A stretch of 248,000 bases of DNA from Hyalangium minutum (lineage in GTDB: Bacteria > Myxococcota > Myxococcia > Myxococcales > Myxococcaceae): the NCBI RefSeq assembly GCF_000737315.1, contig NZ_JMCB01000006.1, positions 20,001-268,000 of the forward strand, given 5' to 3'. A program made the translations under genes and the position numbers. The notes beneath the pieces were generated by a model. It worked only from the letters and a program-made list of their open reading frames with translations, had not been told where the DNA came from and did not search any database. Position 1 is the first letter of the stretch. Every line of letters starts with the position of its first letter. Shown in pieces: positions 31,494 to 42,373 of this stretch.

Positions 31494-32489
31494 GTGACCG
31501 TGGGCCCTCCAACAACTTCCGATCGCCTCAGCCTGGCGCGGAAAGTCTTCCTGTTTTTCATGGTCGAGGGCCTGCCACTGCTGGGGCTGCTCTACGGGGT
31601 GTGGCTCTTCCTCCACGAAGGCATCCGCTGGCTGGACGTGGGGCTGTTCGTGGGGATGTACGTGGCCACGATGACGGGCATCGAGCTGGGCTTCCACCGC
31701 TACTTCGCCCACCGCACCTTCGAGACGACGCGGCCCATTCGTGCGCTGCTCCTCATCCTCGGCTCGATGGCGGGCCAGGGCTCCACGCTGCTGTGGAGCG
31801 GCCTCCACCGCTGGCACCACGCGCACACGGACATTCCCGGGGACATCCACTCACCGACGCTCGGGCGGCAGGGGTGGTGGCAGCGGGTGCGCGGGTTCTT
31901 CTGGTCGCAGTTCCTCTGGTACCTGGACTCGCCCGCCGTGGTCCTCTTCGCGCGCTTCATGAACCGCCACCGCGCGGATCCGGAGATCGCCCTGTCCTCC
32001 CCGGAGGATACCCAGGAGTTCCGCATCGTCCGCACGATGCCGGACCTTGTGCGCGATGCGTGGCTCGTGCGGCTCAACCAGCGGTATGGGCTCTGGGTGC
32101 TGCTCGGGCTGGCGCTGCCCGCAGTGCTGGGCGGGCTGCTCACAGGCTCGTGGGAGGGTGCGTGGCGAGGGCTCGTGTGGGGCGGCTTTGTCCGCTTCGC
32201 GCTGGTGCAGCAGGCCTCGTTCGCCGTCAACTCGGTGACGCACACCTTGGGCACGCAGCCGCTGGCGTGCCGGGACGACAGCCGTAACAACGGGGTGATG
32301 GCGGTGCTGACGCTCGGGGCCGGGTGGCACAACAACCACCACACCTTCCCTGGCTCGGCCTTCACGGACTTCCGCTGGTATCAGGTGGACATCTCCGGCC
32401 TGATGCTCCGCGCCCTGGAGAAGCTCGGGCTGGCGTGGGATGTCCGCCGGCCCTCGCCCGAGTCCATCGCCGCGCGCAAGCGTCCCTGA
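31494..32489 (+). CDS. Acyl-CoA (delta-9 type) fatty acid desaturase
   Basis: His boxes FHRYFAH, HRWHH, WHNNHH. Confidence 0.9.
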   Translation: MTVGPPTTSDRLSLARKVFLFFMVEGLPLLGLLYGVWLFLHEGIRWLDVGLFVGMYVATMTGIELGFHRYFAHRTFETTRPIRALLLILGSMAGQGSTLLWSGLHRWHHAHTDIPGDIHSPTLGRQGWWQRVRGFFWSQFLWYLDSPAVVLFARFMNRHRADPEIALSSPEDTQEFRIVRTMPDLVRDAWLVRLNQRYGLWVLLGLALPAVLGGLLTGSWEGAWRGLVWGGFVRFALVQQASFAVNSVTHTLGTQPLACRDDSRNNGVMAVLTLGAGWHNNHHTFPGSAFTDFRWYQVDISGLMLRALEKLGLAWDVRRPSPESIAARKRP

Positions 32490-32516
32490 GACGCTGAGCA
32501 GCGGGTGGGCCCGGGC

Positions 32517-35246
32517 TCACGCGCTCGCGTACTGGAGGCCCTCTTCCTCGCTCAGCGGGAGACTGAAGCAGAAGGTGTTCCCGTCATCCGAGGTGTTCAG
32601 CCAGATACGGCCGCCGTGCGCCTCGACGATCTGCCAGCTCAAGTGCAGCCCCAGGCCCACCACGCCCGTGTAGCCCGTGGCGCCTGGGGGCAGCGGCTCG
32701 TAGAGGGGTTCGAAGACGTGGGGCTGGCGCTCGGGAGGGATGCCAGGCCCGTGGTCGCTCACGGAGACCATCGCCTGGTGCTCCGCGCACCGCAGCCGGA
32801 CCTCGATGGCCGCACCGGGAGGCGAGTACCGGATGGCGTTCTCCAGCAGGTGCGCCACCACGTCCCCCATGCGCTGGCGGTCTCCATCGACGAGGAGTGA
32901 CTCGGAGACCTCGACACGGATGGGACTCTCCGTGGTGCGGGACAGGCTCTTCACCTTCTCCTCCACCACCTCGCTCAAGTCGAACCGGTCGCGCTCCATC
33001 TTCGGCAGGCCCGGCGCCATCCACACCGCGGCGAAGAGGTGCTCCACCAGCTGCGCCAGCCGCCGCGTGTTCCGGGCAATGGCCGTGAGCCCCTTCTGCT
33101 GGCGCACGGAGTTCACCTCCATGCGGCTGAGGATGTCCGCCCATGTCTGGATGGTGGTGACGGGCGTGCGCAGCTCGTGGGCGGCCGCGGACATGAACTC
33201 CTCGCGCAGCCGCAGGGCCTCGCGGACCTCCAGGAAGAGGCGCGCCTTCTCGATGGCCATGGCGAAGAGCTGGCCCACCGTGGTGTGGAACTCCAGCTCG
33301 CGCGGGGCGAACTGGCGCGGCTCGTGGGTGAAGCACGTCAGCACGCCCACGAGGTGCCCCCGCGAGTGCAGAGGAATGGAGACGAGGCTCCGGAAGCCCT
33401 CCTCGAGCGCGAACTTCTTCGTGAGCGCTGGGGCCTCCTGGGACAGCATGTCGCCGATCACCTGGAGGGTCTCCTGCCGGGCCGCCTGGGCCGTGAGCAG
33501 CGGGGACTCCAGGGAGATCTGCTGCAGGTCCTCGCGGATCTTCTGGGCCAGCCCGTAGGAGCCAATCAAGGAGAGCTGCTGGTGATCCGGCTTGGCCAGC
33601 CACAGCCCCGCGGCATCGGCGCCCAGGGCCTGGAGGCTCTGCTCGATGGCCACGTGGGCCACGCGCTCCAGCTCCACCTCCATGACCAGGGCCTGGCTGA
33701 CGCGGGACAGCGCCAGCTCGCGCTCGAGCAGCCGCGTCCGCTCCTCCTCCACCTGCATGCGCTCGGTGATGTCGTGGACGACGATCTCCCCCAGGATGAT
33801 CTGCCCCGCGGAGTTGCGCACCGGAGCGCCGTTGATGCTGACCAGGCGCTCCTCTCCCTTCGCGGTGCGCAGACGCAGCTCCACGTCGGTGAAGGTCTCC
33901 CCCGCCAGGGCGCGCTGGAGCGGCATCTCCGCCAGCTCCACGGGGCGCCCATCGAGGTGCCGGAAGCAGTGGCGCTCGAGATACTCCTCCAGCGGCCGGC
34001 CCAGGGAAGAGCAATCCTTGAACCCCAGCAAGCGGCACCCGGCCGGGTTGGCGTCACACAGCCGGCCGTCCGGGCTGATGAGGAAGATGGCATCCGGCAC
34101 ACTGGCGATGATGGCGTCACGCTGGCTGGCGTGCCGCTCGGCCTCCTCGCGCAGGGCATCCACCTCGGCCTGGCGCCGCGCAACGCGGGAGGACATCTCA
34201 TTGAAGGCCTCGGCCAGTTCCTGGAGCTCATCGCCCGTCTGGATGGAGACCCGCTGCCCCAGCTCGCCACGGCCCACGTTGCGTGCCACCGCCCGCAGGC
34301 TCCGGACCGGGTAGGCGTAGCGGCGGGCGAGCACGGCCGAGAGCAGCGCGCTCAGGAGCAGGATGCCCAGGAAGGCGCCCAGCTTCGCACGGAGCCACCC
34401 GTAGAGCGGCGCCAGCGCCACGTCGCGAGGCGCCATCACACCCACGGCCCACCCATGGCGAGGCGTCGGAACGAAGGTGCCCAGCGAGAGGACCGTGCTC
34501 AGTGGGTTGGTGAAGCGCTCGAGCTGCACGGGCGTCCCAGCCAGCGCGCGCCGCAGGGGCTCCAGGGCGAGAAATGCACCGCTCTGCGCGTACGTCAAAT
34601 CCGGGTAGCCGGTGTGAAAGGCCAACCGGCCCGTCGCATCGACCAGGAAGATCTCCTGGCCGGACTGGAGGCGAGCGTCCAGGTAGCGGCGCGCGAGCAG
34701 GCGGGTCTGCATGATGACGTTCACGACGCCCGTCGGCCGGCCCTCGGGTCCGGGAATGGGCACGGAGATCAGGATCGCCGTGCCCTGGGGACGGCGCAGC
34801 TCGATGACTTCGGAGATGACCGGGGCCCCGGTCGCCATCACCTTCTGGAAGTAGGGGCGATCCCCAATGCGGAGCCGGGGCTCGGCAGGTGCGTCCGGTT
34901 CACCCCAGCCGCGGTTCAAGCCCGTGGCGTCGTAGACGCCGATGGCGTCATAGAGAGAGCTGCGCAGGACCAGCTGCTGCATGTGGCCGTCCAGCTGACG
35001 GGGATCCATGCCCTGCACCAGCGGATCATTGGCCACCGCCTGGGCGAACTCGATGGCGGCCTCGAAGGACTCGGTGAGCTGCACCGCGACGGCCTGCGCG
35101 GTGATGCGCTGGGTGGCCAGCAGGGTCTCCTGGGTCCGCTGCTTCCCCAGGAAGAAGTCCGCGCTCAGGAGCACCAGGACGGGCAGCAGCACAGCGCCGA
35201 AGGCGAGCAGCAGCTTGGCGTGAAAATGCAGTCGAGGCATGGCCAT
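32517..35246 (-). CDS. Cache-HAMP-PAS-GAF histidine kinase
   Basis: TM/Cache, HAMP DELQELAEAFNEM, PAS, GAF, AHELRTP H-box. Confidence 0.92.
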   Translation of the reverse strand: MAMPRLHFHAKLLLAFGAVLLPVLVLLSADFFLGKQRTQETLLATQRITAQAVAVQLTESFEAAIEFAQAVANDPLVQGMDPRQLDGHMQQLVLRSSLYDAIGVYDATGLNRGWGEPDAPAEPRLRIGDRPYFQKVMATGAPVISEVIELRRPQGTAILISVPIPGPEGRPTGVVNVIMQTRLLARRYLDARLQSGQEIFLVDATGRLAFHTGYPDLTYAQSGAFLALEPLRRALAGTPVQLERFTNPLSTVLSLGTFVPTPRHGWAVGVMAPRDVALAPLYGWLRAKLGAFLGILLLSALLSAVLARRYAYPVRSLRAVARNVGRGELGQRVSIQTGDELQELAEAFNEMSSRVARRQAEVDALREEAERHASQRDAIIASVPDAIFLISPDGRLCDANPAGCRLLGFKDCSSLGRPLEEYLERHCFRHLDGRPVELAEMPLQRALAGETFTDVELRLRTAKGEERLVSINGAPVRNSAGQIILGEIVVHDITERMQVEEERTRLLERELALSRVSQALVMEVELERVAHVAIEQSLQALGADAAGLWLAKPDHQQLSLIGSYGLAQKIREDLQQISLESPLLTAQAARQETLQVIGDMLSQEAPALTKKFALEEGFRSLVSIPLHSRGHLVGVLTCFTHEPRQFAPRELEFHTTVGQLFAMAIEKARLFLEVREALRLREEFMSAAAHELRTPVTTIQTWADILSRMEVNSVRQQKGLTAIARNTRRLAQLVEHLFAAVWMAPGLPKMERDRFDLSEVVEEKVKSLSRTTESPIRVEVSESLLVDGDRQRMGDVVAHLLENAIRYSPPGAAIEVRLRCAEHQAMVSVSDHGPGIPPERQPHVFEPLYEPLPPGATGYTGVVGLGLHLSWQIVEAHGGRIWLNTSDDGNTFCFSLPLSEEEGLQYASA

Positions 35247-35453
35247 CCGAGAGACGCGTTTCCCGTCTCAACAGTCATGACGCCTCCTTGCCTTCACCCC
35301 CCTCACTGTTACCGGCAGGGAACCCTGGCGAGTGAGCGTGCCCCTGCCCGGTTTGCTCCGAGGGACAGAAGCCCCCCGGAGCTCAGAGAGCGGCCAGGAC
35401 AGCGCCTGGGAGCTGCCCCGCTCTGGGCCGGTGTCGGGGCTCGCCCAAGCCGC

Positions 35454-36281
35454 TCAGGGAGAGGGAATGAGCCCCTCGCCGTGCCTCACCAGGACCGCCC
35501 GCGAGTAGGCCATCTGGAACCCAAGCCGCGCGGCGTTGCGCTCGGTGGGGATTCCGGGTCCGGAGTGGATCACGGCCCAGCGGCTCCCGTGCTCGCGCCC
35601 TTGCTCGAGGCGCCGGATGATCAGCGCCTGCTGGATGCCCCTCCCACGGTATGCGGGCCTCACGGAGGTCCCGAACAACTGGGTGACGCCCTCGCTCGAC
35701 TCGCAGCCACCCGCGCCCACGGTCTCGCGGCCGATACGGGCCATGAACAGGTCGTACCCAGGCGCTGTCGAGGCCCTCATCCCGAACTCCAGGATGGGCT
35801 CCGGCACCGCCACGCCCTCGGGGAAGAAGCCGCTGAAGGCCACCTCCACGTGCTCGCGGACCGCGGCGGTGTTCTTCGGATCCACCCGGTCGATCGTCAC
35901 GCCCTGGGGCCAGCCTCCCTTCAGGAGCACGCGGAGGTCCTCGCCTCCCGACAAGTCCCTCACGAGGGTGTTCTCGAACTCGTGGAGCACGAACCCTCTC
36001 CGAGCGAGCCCCGCGAGCAGCTCGGGCGGCGCAAACGGGCTCAGCTCGACCTTGGGCTCCGCGCCGCGCTCCGTGAAGAACGCGACGATCCGGTCCAGCT
36101 CCGCGTCCGTGAGGGCCCGATCGAAGCCGAGCCCGCAGGCCTTGTTGATCGGCGAGCCGGGCGAGTCGAAGAGGAGCCAGCCATCGGCCAGGCGCTCGGC
36201 CTCCTTGACGAACCGTGACAGCGGAACACCGTGCTTGTGTTCGACGAGGCGGGCGATCCCAGCGAAGTCCAGGTCTTTCAT
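35454..36281 (-). CDS. GNAT family N-acetyltransferase
   Basis: VRPAYRGRGIQQAL acetyl-CoA motif. Confidence 0.85.
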   Translation of the reverse strand: MKDLDFAGIARLVEHKHGVPLSRFVKEAERLADGWLLFDSPGSPINKACGLGFDRALTDAELDRIVAFFTERGAEPKVELSPFAPPELLAGLARRGFVLHEFENTLVRDLSGGEDLRVLLKGGWPQGVTIDRVDPKNTAAVREHVEVAFSGFFPEGVAVPEPILEFGMRASTAPGYDLFMARIGRETVGAGGCESSEGVTQLFGTSVRPAYRGRGIQQALIIRRLEQGREHGSRWAVIHSGPGIPTERNAARLGFQMAYSRAVLVRHGEGLIPSP

Positions 36282-36315
36282 TGCGCGCGAGTCTTTGAGG
36301 GGTGGAACTCCGAGT

Positions 36316-36939
36316 CTACTTCGTGGGCGCCGGTGCCCGCATTTTGGCACCCGTGGGGGCCTTCTCCTGCGGCTTTCCCCCTCCACCGGGCGTGACCGCA
36401 GCCGCCGCGGCATCCGGCTCGAACAGCCGCAGCGTCCACAGCGAGCCGGTGTTGTACCCAGGCAGGTTCATCGGGTTGAAGATGCTGGAGCTCGTCGCGA
36501 AGCCTCCCGCGTACGCAGGGGGGAACTCCGTCAGCTTCAGCGCGCAGCCCACCAGCACCACGCCTGGGCGCGGTACGGCGTTGCTCACCGCCGTGCACTT
36601 GCCCACTGCGGCGAAGTGCCCCTCAGGCAAGTCGAAGCTCGCGTACATGTCCGCCTGGGAGCCCTCGGCGAAGGTGCGATCGGTGACGAGCGCGCACGCC
36701 CTCGCCTTGCCTACTGCCTTCTGCTCACCGGCCTTCAGCTTGCCGTTCGCATCCCGCTCCGGCACGGAGACAATGCCTGGCAGCTTCACGTTCGCCTGAA
36801 AGGGCGCACCCTGGCAGAGGTTCGGATCCGCCGCCTTGGGGTCTTCCAAGGTCCGGAACTGGTACGACACCTCACCCGCCCGCGCCGACAGCGGCAGGAC
36901 GAGTGCGAGCGAGACCACAGCGACAGAGAGGCGCGGCAT
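36316..36939 (-). CDS. Secreted hypothetical protein, possibly dirigent/allene-oxide-cyclase-like barrel
   Basis: Signal peptide, beta-rich with 4 Cys; fold is inference. Confidence 0.5.
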   Translation of the reverse strand: MPRLSVAVVSLALVLPLSARAGEVSYQFRTLEDPKAADPNLCQGAPFQANVKLPGIVSVPERDANGKLKAGEQKAVGKARACALVTDRTFAEGSQADMYASFDLPEGHFAAVGKCTAVSNAVPRPGVVLVGCALKLTEFPPAYAGGFATSSSIFNPMNLPGYNTGSLWTLRLFEPDAAAAAVTPGGGGKPQEKAPTGAKMRAPAPTK

Positions 36940-37023
36940 GGGACGACTCCTCGGGATGGTGGGCTCCGGATCTAACGTGATCCGGGAGCACCACGACCAT
37001 CAGGGTCATCCGCACCCCAGCGG

Positions 37024-38121
37024 TTACAGCCGCACCAGCTGGGCGCCGTAGTGGACACTGGCGCCCACAGCGGCCACCATCACCACGTCCCCACTGCCCA
37101 GGCGCACCCGGCCGGACTCCAGGTCCTCGGCCAGCAGGATGAGCATGCCGGCCGCCGAGGTGTTGCCGTAGCGGTGCACATTCATCGCCACGCGCTCCGG
37201 GTCCAGCCCCGCGTGATGAACGAAGAACTCCATCAGCCGCCGGTTGGGCTGGTGGAAGTAGTAGCGCTTCACCTCGGAGGCCAGCTCCGGGTGGTTCTCC
37301 AGCACCGCGCTGATGCAGTGTCCCATGACGAGCGGGTAGCTCTCCGCCACCTTCTGCCCGTTCACCACGAAGGCCATGTCGCCCGGACGCGCGCGGCCCT
37401 GGAAGGGCAGCTTCATGTTCCCGCCGCCGCGGCGGAAGACCAGCTCCCCATGGGTGTTTCCGGACATCGTCGCCAGGATGCCCGTGCCCTCCTCGCCATC
37501 CGCGCGGAGGATGACCGCGCCCGCCCCGTCTCCGAACACATACCCAGACAGGTACGCATTGAGCGGCTTGGCGCCGGGCGAGGGGATGATCTCGTCCGTA
37601 TAAACCTGGCGGTTCACGTGCGGCGAGCACAGCGACGAGGCCACCACCGCCACCGTCTTGAAGCGGCCGCCCTCCATCATCTTGGCCGCCATGTCGATGA
37701 TGTACGGGGTGCCGCCGCACCCATCGTCAATCACGAGCGCGAAGGTGTCCGTGCGGCACTCCAGGCGCCGGTGCAGCTCCATGGCGTCGTGGTTGAAGTT
37801 CAGCTCGTCCGGCGTGCAGGTGACGAGCAGGATGGCGTCCAGCTCCTTCGCCTCCACGCCGGACTGCACGAGCGCCTTGCGCAGGGCAATCTCACACATG
37901 TCCGTGTTCGACGCCGGATAGACGGGCAGATCATTCTCGGGTGGAGCAATGGCCACACCCTCCTTGTCATCGATCTCCCACAGATAGCGGCGCTCCTCGA
38001 TGCCCGTCTTCTCGAGAATGCGCTCAGGGGTCCAACCCGGGAAGGCGCGTGCAATGCGCTCGTTGTTGATGACTCGGGAAGGAACGAAGGCGCCGGCTCC
38101 AGCAAAACGCACAGTGGGCAT
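37024..38121 (-). CDS. 3-oxoacyl-ACP synthase III (FabH/KAS III family)
   Basis: Catalytic Cys DGCGG, His FHQPN, Asn YGNTSAA. Confidence 0.92.
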   Translation of the reverse strand: MPTVRFAGAGAFVPSRVINNERIARAFPGWTPERILEKTGIEERRYLWEIDDKEGVAIAPPENDLPVYPASNTDMCEIALRKALVQSGVEAKELDAILLVTCTPDELNFNHDAMELHRRLECRTDTFALVIDDGCGGTPYIIDMAAKMMEGGRFKTVAVVASSLCSPHVNRQVYTDEIIPSPGAKPLNAYLSGYVFGDGAGAVILRADGEEGTGILATMSGNTHGELVFRRGGGNMKLPFQGRARPGDMAFVVNGQKVAESYPLVMGHCISAVLENHPELASEVKRYYFHQPNRRLMEFFVHHAGLDPERVAMNVHRYGNTSAAGMLILLAEDLESGRVRLGSGDVVMVAAVGASVHYGAQLVRL

Positions 38122-38566
38122 GGTCGTTTCTCGCGGTGATGTGAGGTGCTCGCCTGCTGATGGAGGTCATCAGCAGGTGGCATGCCACTCGCCGCAGGTG
38201 GGTGAAGGCGCGTCCCAGGCCTTCTCCCGCCCTCATGGGCGCCCCGCCCCTCTTCCCCCGTTTTCCAAATAATTCGTTTCTTTCCTGACAAATGGGACCC
38301 CGGTCAGATCCTCGAAGTGCTCGAATTCACGACTGAAATCGAGTCCGAGGAGACCTCTTGGGTTGAGTGCCACCGAGCAGGCGTGCTCGACGTGTAGGCA
38401 GAGCTGGGCCGAGCGGGTGGGTCTCTCAAGACACCGGGGGGTCATGCCTGCCTTCAGAGCGGCAGCCACAGGGGTTCGGGTGACCCACCCCCCTGGGTGA
38501 GTCTGAGTGCGCTCACGCTCGCACCACCCTATCAGGTCGTCCTCCGGAGGAGCCTTCCGGGGCACT

Positions 38567-40171
38567 TCAATGGTGGGGAGGCGGGGCCGCCGGAGGCGTC
38601 CGCTGGGCGGCGGGTGTCGAGCGCCGGGCAGCCGGGAGCGGGTGCCGGGGCAGAGACACGGTGAAGGTGGTCCCGCTCTCCCGCGTGGAGTCCACGGAGA
38701 TGCTGCCGCCATGGGCCTCCACGATGTGCTTCACGATGAAGAGCCCCAGGCCGAGGGAGTGCTTGCCGTGGCACCCCGGGCCATCGCCTCGCTTGAGCGG
38801 TTGGAAGAGCTGGTCCATCAGCTCTGGGGGGATGGGCTCCCCCTCGTTGTGCACGGAGAGGCGCACCTCGTCGGGCAGGCCGAACGTGCGCACCTGCACC
38901 GCGCAGTGCTCGGAGCCGTAAGCCAGGGCGTTGCGCACCAGGTTGGTGATGAGCTGCGACAGCCGGTCTCCGTCCCACTCGCCGCGCCCCTCGCCTCGCT
39001 GTTCCAGGAGGAGCTGCCGGTGCGGGTGGGCGAGCTGGACTTCCTCCACCGCCTGCCGCGTGAGCTCGTGCAAGTCCAACGGCCGGAGCTTCACCGGGAG
39101 GGAGCCCTGGAACCGGACCTGGGTGAAGTCCAGCAGGTCCTCCAGCATCCGGGCGGCGCGATCGGCGCTGCAGAGGATGCGCTCGAGGGTGCGGCGGCCT
39201 CGCTCGTCCTGCCCGCCCTGCTTCAACAGCAGCATGGCGGCCATGGAGATGGCGTTGATGGGGTTGCGCAGATCATGGCTGACGATGCCGATGAGGTGCT
39301 GCTCGATGTCGGCCCGCCGCCGCTCCTCCTGCTCGGTCCGCTTGAGCTCGGTGATGTCCTGGAGGGCGCCCACCATGCGCAGGGCCCGGCCTTCCGCGTC
39401 GCGCGCCACGTAGGCCCGGTCGCGCACGAGCATGTACGCGCCGTCCCCGCGCAGGAAGCGGTACTCGTCCATCCAGTGGGCGTCGCCTCCTTCGAGTGCC
39501 GCTTGGAGGCCGCTCACCACGCGCTGGCGGTCCTCGGGGTGGATGTGCTCTTCCCACCAGCCGATGGAGGTATCCACCCCGGAGGCGGGGTGGCCGGTGA
39601 GCCGGGAGAGGCTGTCGCTCCAGTCCACCTGTCCCGTCATGATGTTCCAGTCCCAGACGAGATCCTGGGTGGCCATGGTGGCCAGGCGGTAGCGCGTCTC
39701 GGATTGGCGCAGCTTCTCCTCGGCTCGCTTGCGCTCGGAGAGGTGCTCCTGTGTGTAGCGCCGCAGGGAGCTCTCGATGGCGGTGGCCAGCGCATCCAGC
39801 AGGCGGTTCAGCGCCTGAGGCTCCAGAGGCCAATGATCTTCATCGAGGACATTGAAGATGATGAAGCGCAGCAGGGCGTACTCCCGCACCACTTCGGAGG
39901 GATCGAACCCCAGGCGGAAGCGCTGGGCGCCATGGGTCTCGGCGAGCGCCTCCAAGGAAGCGCCCCGAGGGCGGTCCGGGGCAGGCGAGCCTCGCAGGGC
40001 CGCAATCACCGCGACGAGGAACTCGGGCAGGGAGTCGAGCAGCTCGGCTCGGGGCAGGCGGGCCGCAGAGGGCCTCTTTCGCGCCTGCTCCTCCCAGCGG
40101 CGGGCAATGTCCTCGCTGCGAGCCTCCAGCAGCTGGGCGAGGCCCCCGCTCGTTGGGTCGCACGGCGTCAT
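38567..40171 (-). CDS. RsbRD_N-PAS histidine kinase
   Basis: HGAQRFRLGF RsbRD-like N-domain, PAS_3 HIHPEDR, SHDLRNP. Confidence 0.9.
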   Translation of the reverse strand: MTPCDPTSGGLAQLLEARSEDIARRWEEQARKRPSAARLPRAELLDSLPEFLVAVIAALRGSPAPDRPRGASLEALAETHGAQRFRLGFDPSEVVREYALLRFIIFNVLDEDHWPLEPQALNRLLDALATAIESSLRRYTQEHLSERKRAEEKLRQSETRYRLATMATQDLVWDWNIMTGQVDWSDSLSRLTGHPASGVDTSIGWWEEHIHPEDRQRVVSGLQAALEGGDAHWMDEYRFLRGDGAYMLVRDRAYVARDAEGRALRMVGALQDITELKRTEQEERRRADIEQHLIGIVSHDLRNPINAISMAAMLLLKQGGQDERGRRTLERILCSADRAARMLEDLLDFTQVRFQGSLPVKLRPLDLHELTRQAVEEVQLAHPHRQLLLEQRGEGRGEWDGDRLSQLITNLVRNALAYGSEHCAVQVRTFGLPDEVRLSVHNEGEPIPPELMDQLFQPLKRGDGPGCHGKHSLGLGLFIVKHIVEAHGGSISVDSTRESGTTFTVSLPRHPLPAARRSTPAAQRTPPAAPPPHH

Positions 40172-40413
40172 GGAACCGCTCCTCCCATGGGCACGTCAGC
40201 CAATGTGGGCACGCCCGGGAGCGATGAGGAGGGGCACGTCCGTCCGAGGCTGAGGCGTCCCTGCCTGCCTGGACTCGGACGAGCGGGGCGCTCCGGAAGC
40301 TGTACTACCTGACAGATGGGGGCACTTCTGAGGTTGCAACGGGAGCCGGGCCATCTAAGGTGGGGACACCACCGCGAGCTCGGGAGCAAACCGGGAGCGC
40401 TGGTGCCTGTGTC

Positions 40414-41187
40414 ATGGGCCACGTCCACATCATCCGAGACTTCGAATCCCCCCAGGAAGGCTTCACGCGGACCCTCCGCATCTACACGCCGGACGGGTAC
40501 GACGAGCACGGTGAGCACCGCTACCCCGTCCTTTATATGCATGACGGGCAGAACGTGTTCGCGCACCCGGAGTCGTCGGTCTTCGACACGTGGTGTGCCA
40601 ACCACGCGCTGGAGGCGCTGGTGGCCGAGGGCCGGCTGGAGCCGTGGATCATCGTCGCGGTGGACTCGGGGCCGGGACGGTTCCAGGAGTACTCGCCGTG
40701 GGACGAGCCGCGCAACCAGGTGAAGGCGCGGGGCCCGCAGTACGCGCGCTTCCTGGTGGAGCAGGTGAAGCCGTACGTGGACCGCGTCTACCGCACGCGT
40801 CCGGGTCCGGAGTGGACAGGGGCGATGGGCTCGTCCCTGGGCGGGCTCATCTCGCTGTACCTCGGGTGGCAGTACCCAGAGGTGTTCGGTCGGATTGGGG
40901 CGCTGTCGCCCACGGTGATGTGGAGCGAGCGGCAGCTCTTCACGAAGTGGACTGCCCACAGCCAGAAGTGGTCGCGCATCTATTTGGATGCGGGCTCCAC
41001 GGAGCACATCGCCACGGACAACGTGCCGCTGAATTACGGGGTGGCCACGCGCGAGTTCTACAGCCACCTGAAGCAGGTGGGGTACCACGACCACGAGGTG
41101 ATTCTGGTGCTGGAGCCGGGTGGGCAGCACCACGAGAAGGACTGGCAGCGGCGGCTGCCGTTCGCGTTCCGGTGGCTGCTGAGCTGA
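40414..41187 (+). CDS. Alpha/beta hydrolase-fold esterase
   Basis: YPVLYMHDGQN, GSSLGG nucleophile elbow. Confidence 0.9.
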   Translation: MGHVHIIRDFESPQEGFTRTLRIYTPDGYDEHGEHRYPVLYMHDGQNVFAHPESSVFDTWCANHALEALVAEGRLEPWIIVAVDSGPGRFQEYSPWDEPRNQVKARGPQYARFLVEQVKPYVDRVYRTRPGPEWTGAMGSSLGGLISLYLGWQYPEVFGRIGALSPTVMWSERQLFTKWTAHSQKWSRIYLDAGSTEHIATDNVPLNYGVATREFYSHLKQVGYHDHEVILVLEPGGQHHEKDWQRRLPFAFRWLLS

Positions 41188-41206
41188 GCCGGAGCGTAGG
41201 CCTGGG

Positions 41207-42373
41207 CTAGCGGAGGGCCTGGACGAAGCGCACGTCCTCGCGCAGGCGCTCCAGGTCCGCGTGGCGGGTGAGGTACATCTCGCTGCCCATGGCGGCCTGG
41301 TAGACGCTGGGCATGCTGGTGGTGTGCATCATCAGCGCGTGGCCGAGCCGGCGCAGCACCTCCTCGTGGCTGTGGAGGTAGGGGCGGCCGGCGCGCCGGG
41401 CGATGTGGCACACGTGGTACTTGGGGGCGAAGCGGATGTCAGTGACGGGATCGCCGGTGACGAGGCGGGCCCAGAGCCGGTACACGTCGACGTCGCAGGC
41501 GTAGTTGATCATGTCCGTCATGAAGCCGCCGGGGGGGCGGAGGTTCGCCTCGAGCGCGACGAAGCGGTCACCGGGGAGACGGAAGAACTCCAGGTGGAAC
41601 CAGCGCTCACGCAAGCCGAGTGCGTCCACGGCCTTGCGGCCGAGCTCATCGAGCGAGTCGGGGATGGACTTGAGGCTCCAGAAGGAGATGTCGCGCTTCT
41701 CGGTGACGACCTCCATGACGCCGTCGCTGTACTCGTGGCTGAGGGTGAAGAGAATCTTCCCCTCGCGGTCCACGACGCCGTCATAGGTGACGATGGTGCC
41801 CTGGACGAAGGCCTGGGCGACGTAGGAGGTGGGCAGGGGCTGGGCGAGCGCCTGATCGACTTCGGCGTCGCTGCTGACCTTGAAGGTGTGCGCGGCGCCC
41901 ACGCCGACGTCGGGCTTGAGGACGAGCGGGTAGCCCACGCGCTGGGCGAAGGCCTTCACTTGAGCGGCACTCTGGACAAGCTCGAGCTCGGGGTGGGGCA
42001 CGCTGGCGTCACGGAAGACGGTGGCCATGCCGGACTTGGAGCGGAGGCGCTGGATGTCCGAGGGCTTGAGGCCGAAGACGTTGAAGTCCTCGCGCAGGCG
42101 GGCCTCCTGGCCGAGCCAGGACTCGTTGAGCGACTCGATGCGGTGGATGCGGCCGTGGCGCCAGGTGAGGTAGCCGGTGGCGCGCAGGAGGGCGTCGTAG
42201 TCGTGGAGGCTGGGGGTGAAGAAGTACTCGCGGAGGTTCTCCCGCAGCTCGTGGCGCAGGGTGTCGTAGGGGGTGTCACCGATGGCCAGCACGTTGACGC
42301 CCCGCTCCCGCAGAGCGGTGATGAAGTGGAAGAACTGAGGCGGAAAGTGGGGAGAGATGAAGACGAAGTTCAT
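41207..42373 (-). CDS. ATP-grasp domain protein (carboxylate-amine ligase-like)
   Basis: GYPLVLKPDVGVGA, FHLEFF, EANLRPPGG. Confidence 0.85.
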   Translation of the reverse strand: MNFVFISPHFPPQFFHFITALRERGVNVLAIGDTPYDTLRHELRENLREYFFTPSLHDYDALLRATGYLTWRHGRIHRIESLNESWLGQEARLREDFNVFGLKPSDIQRLRSKSGMATVFRDASVPHPELELVQSAAQVKAFAQRVGYPLVLKPDVGVGAAHTFKVSSDAEVDQALAQPLPTSYVAQAFVQGTIVTYDGVVDREGKILFTLSHEYSDGVMEVVTEKRDISFWSLKSIPDSLDELGRKAVDALGLRERWFHLEFFRLPGDRFVALEANLRPPGGFMTDMINYACDVDVYRLWARLVTGDPVTDIRFAPKYHVCHIARRAGRPYLHSHEEVLRRLGHALMMHTTSMPSVYQAAMGSEMYLTRHADLERLREDVRFVQALR

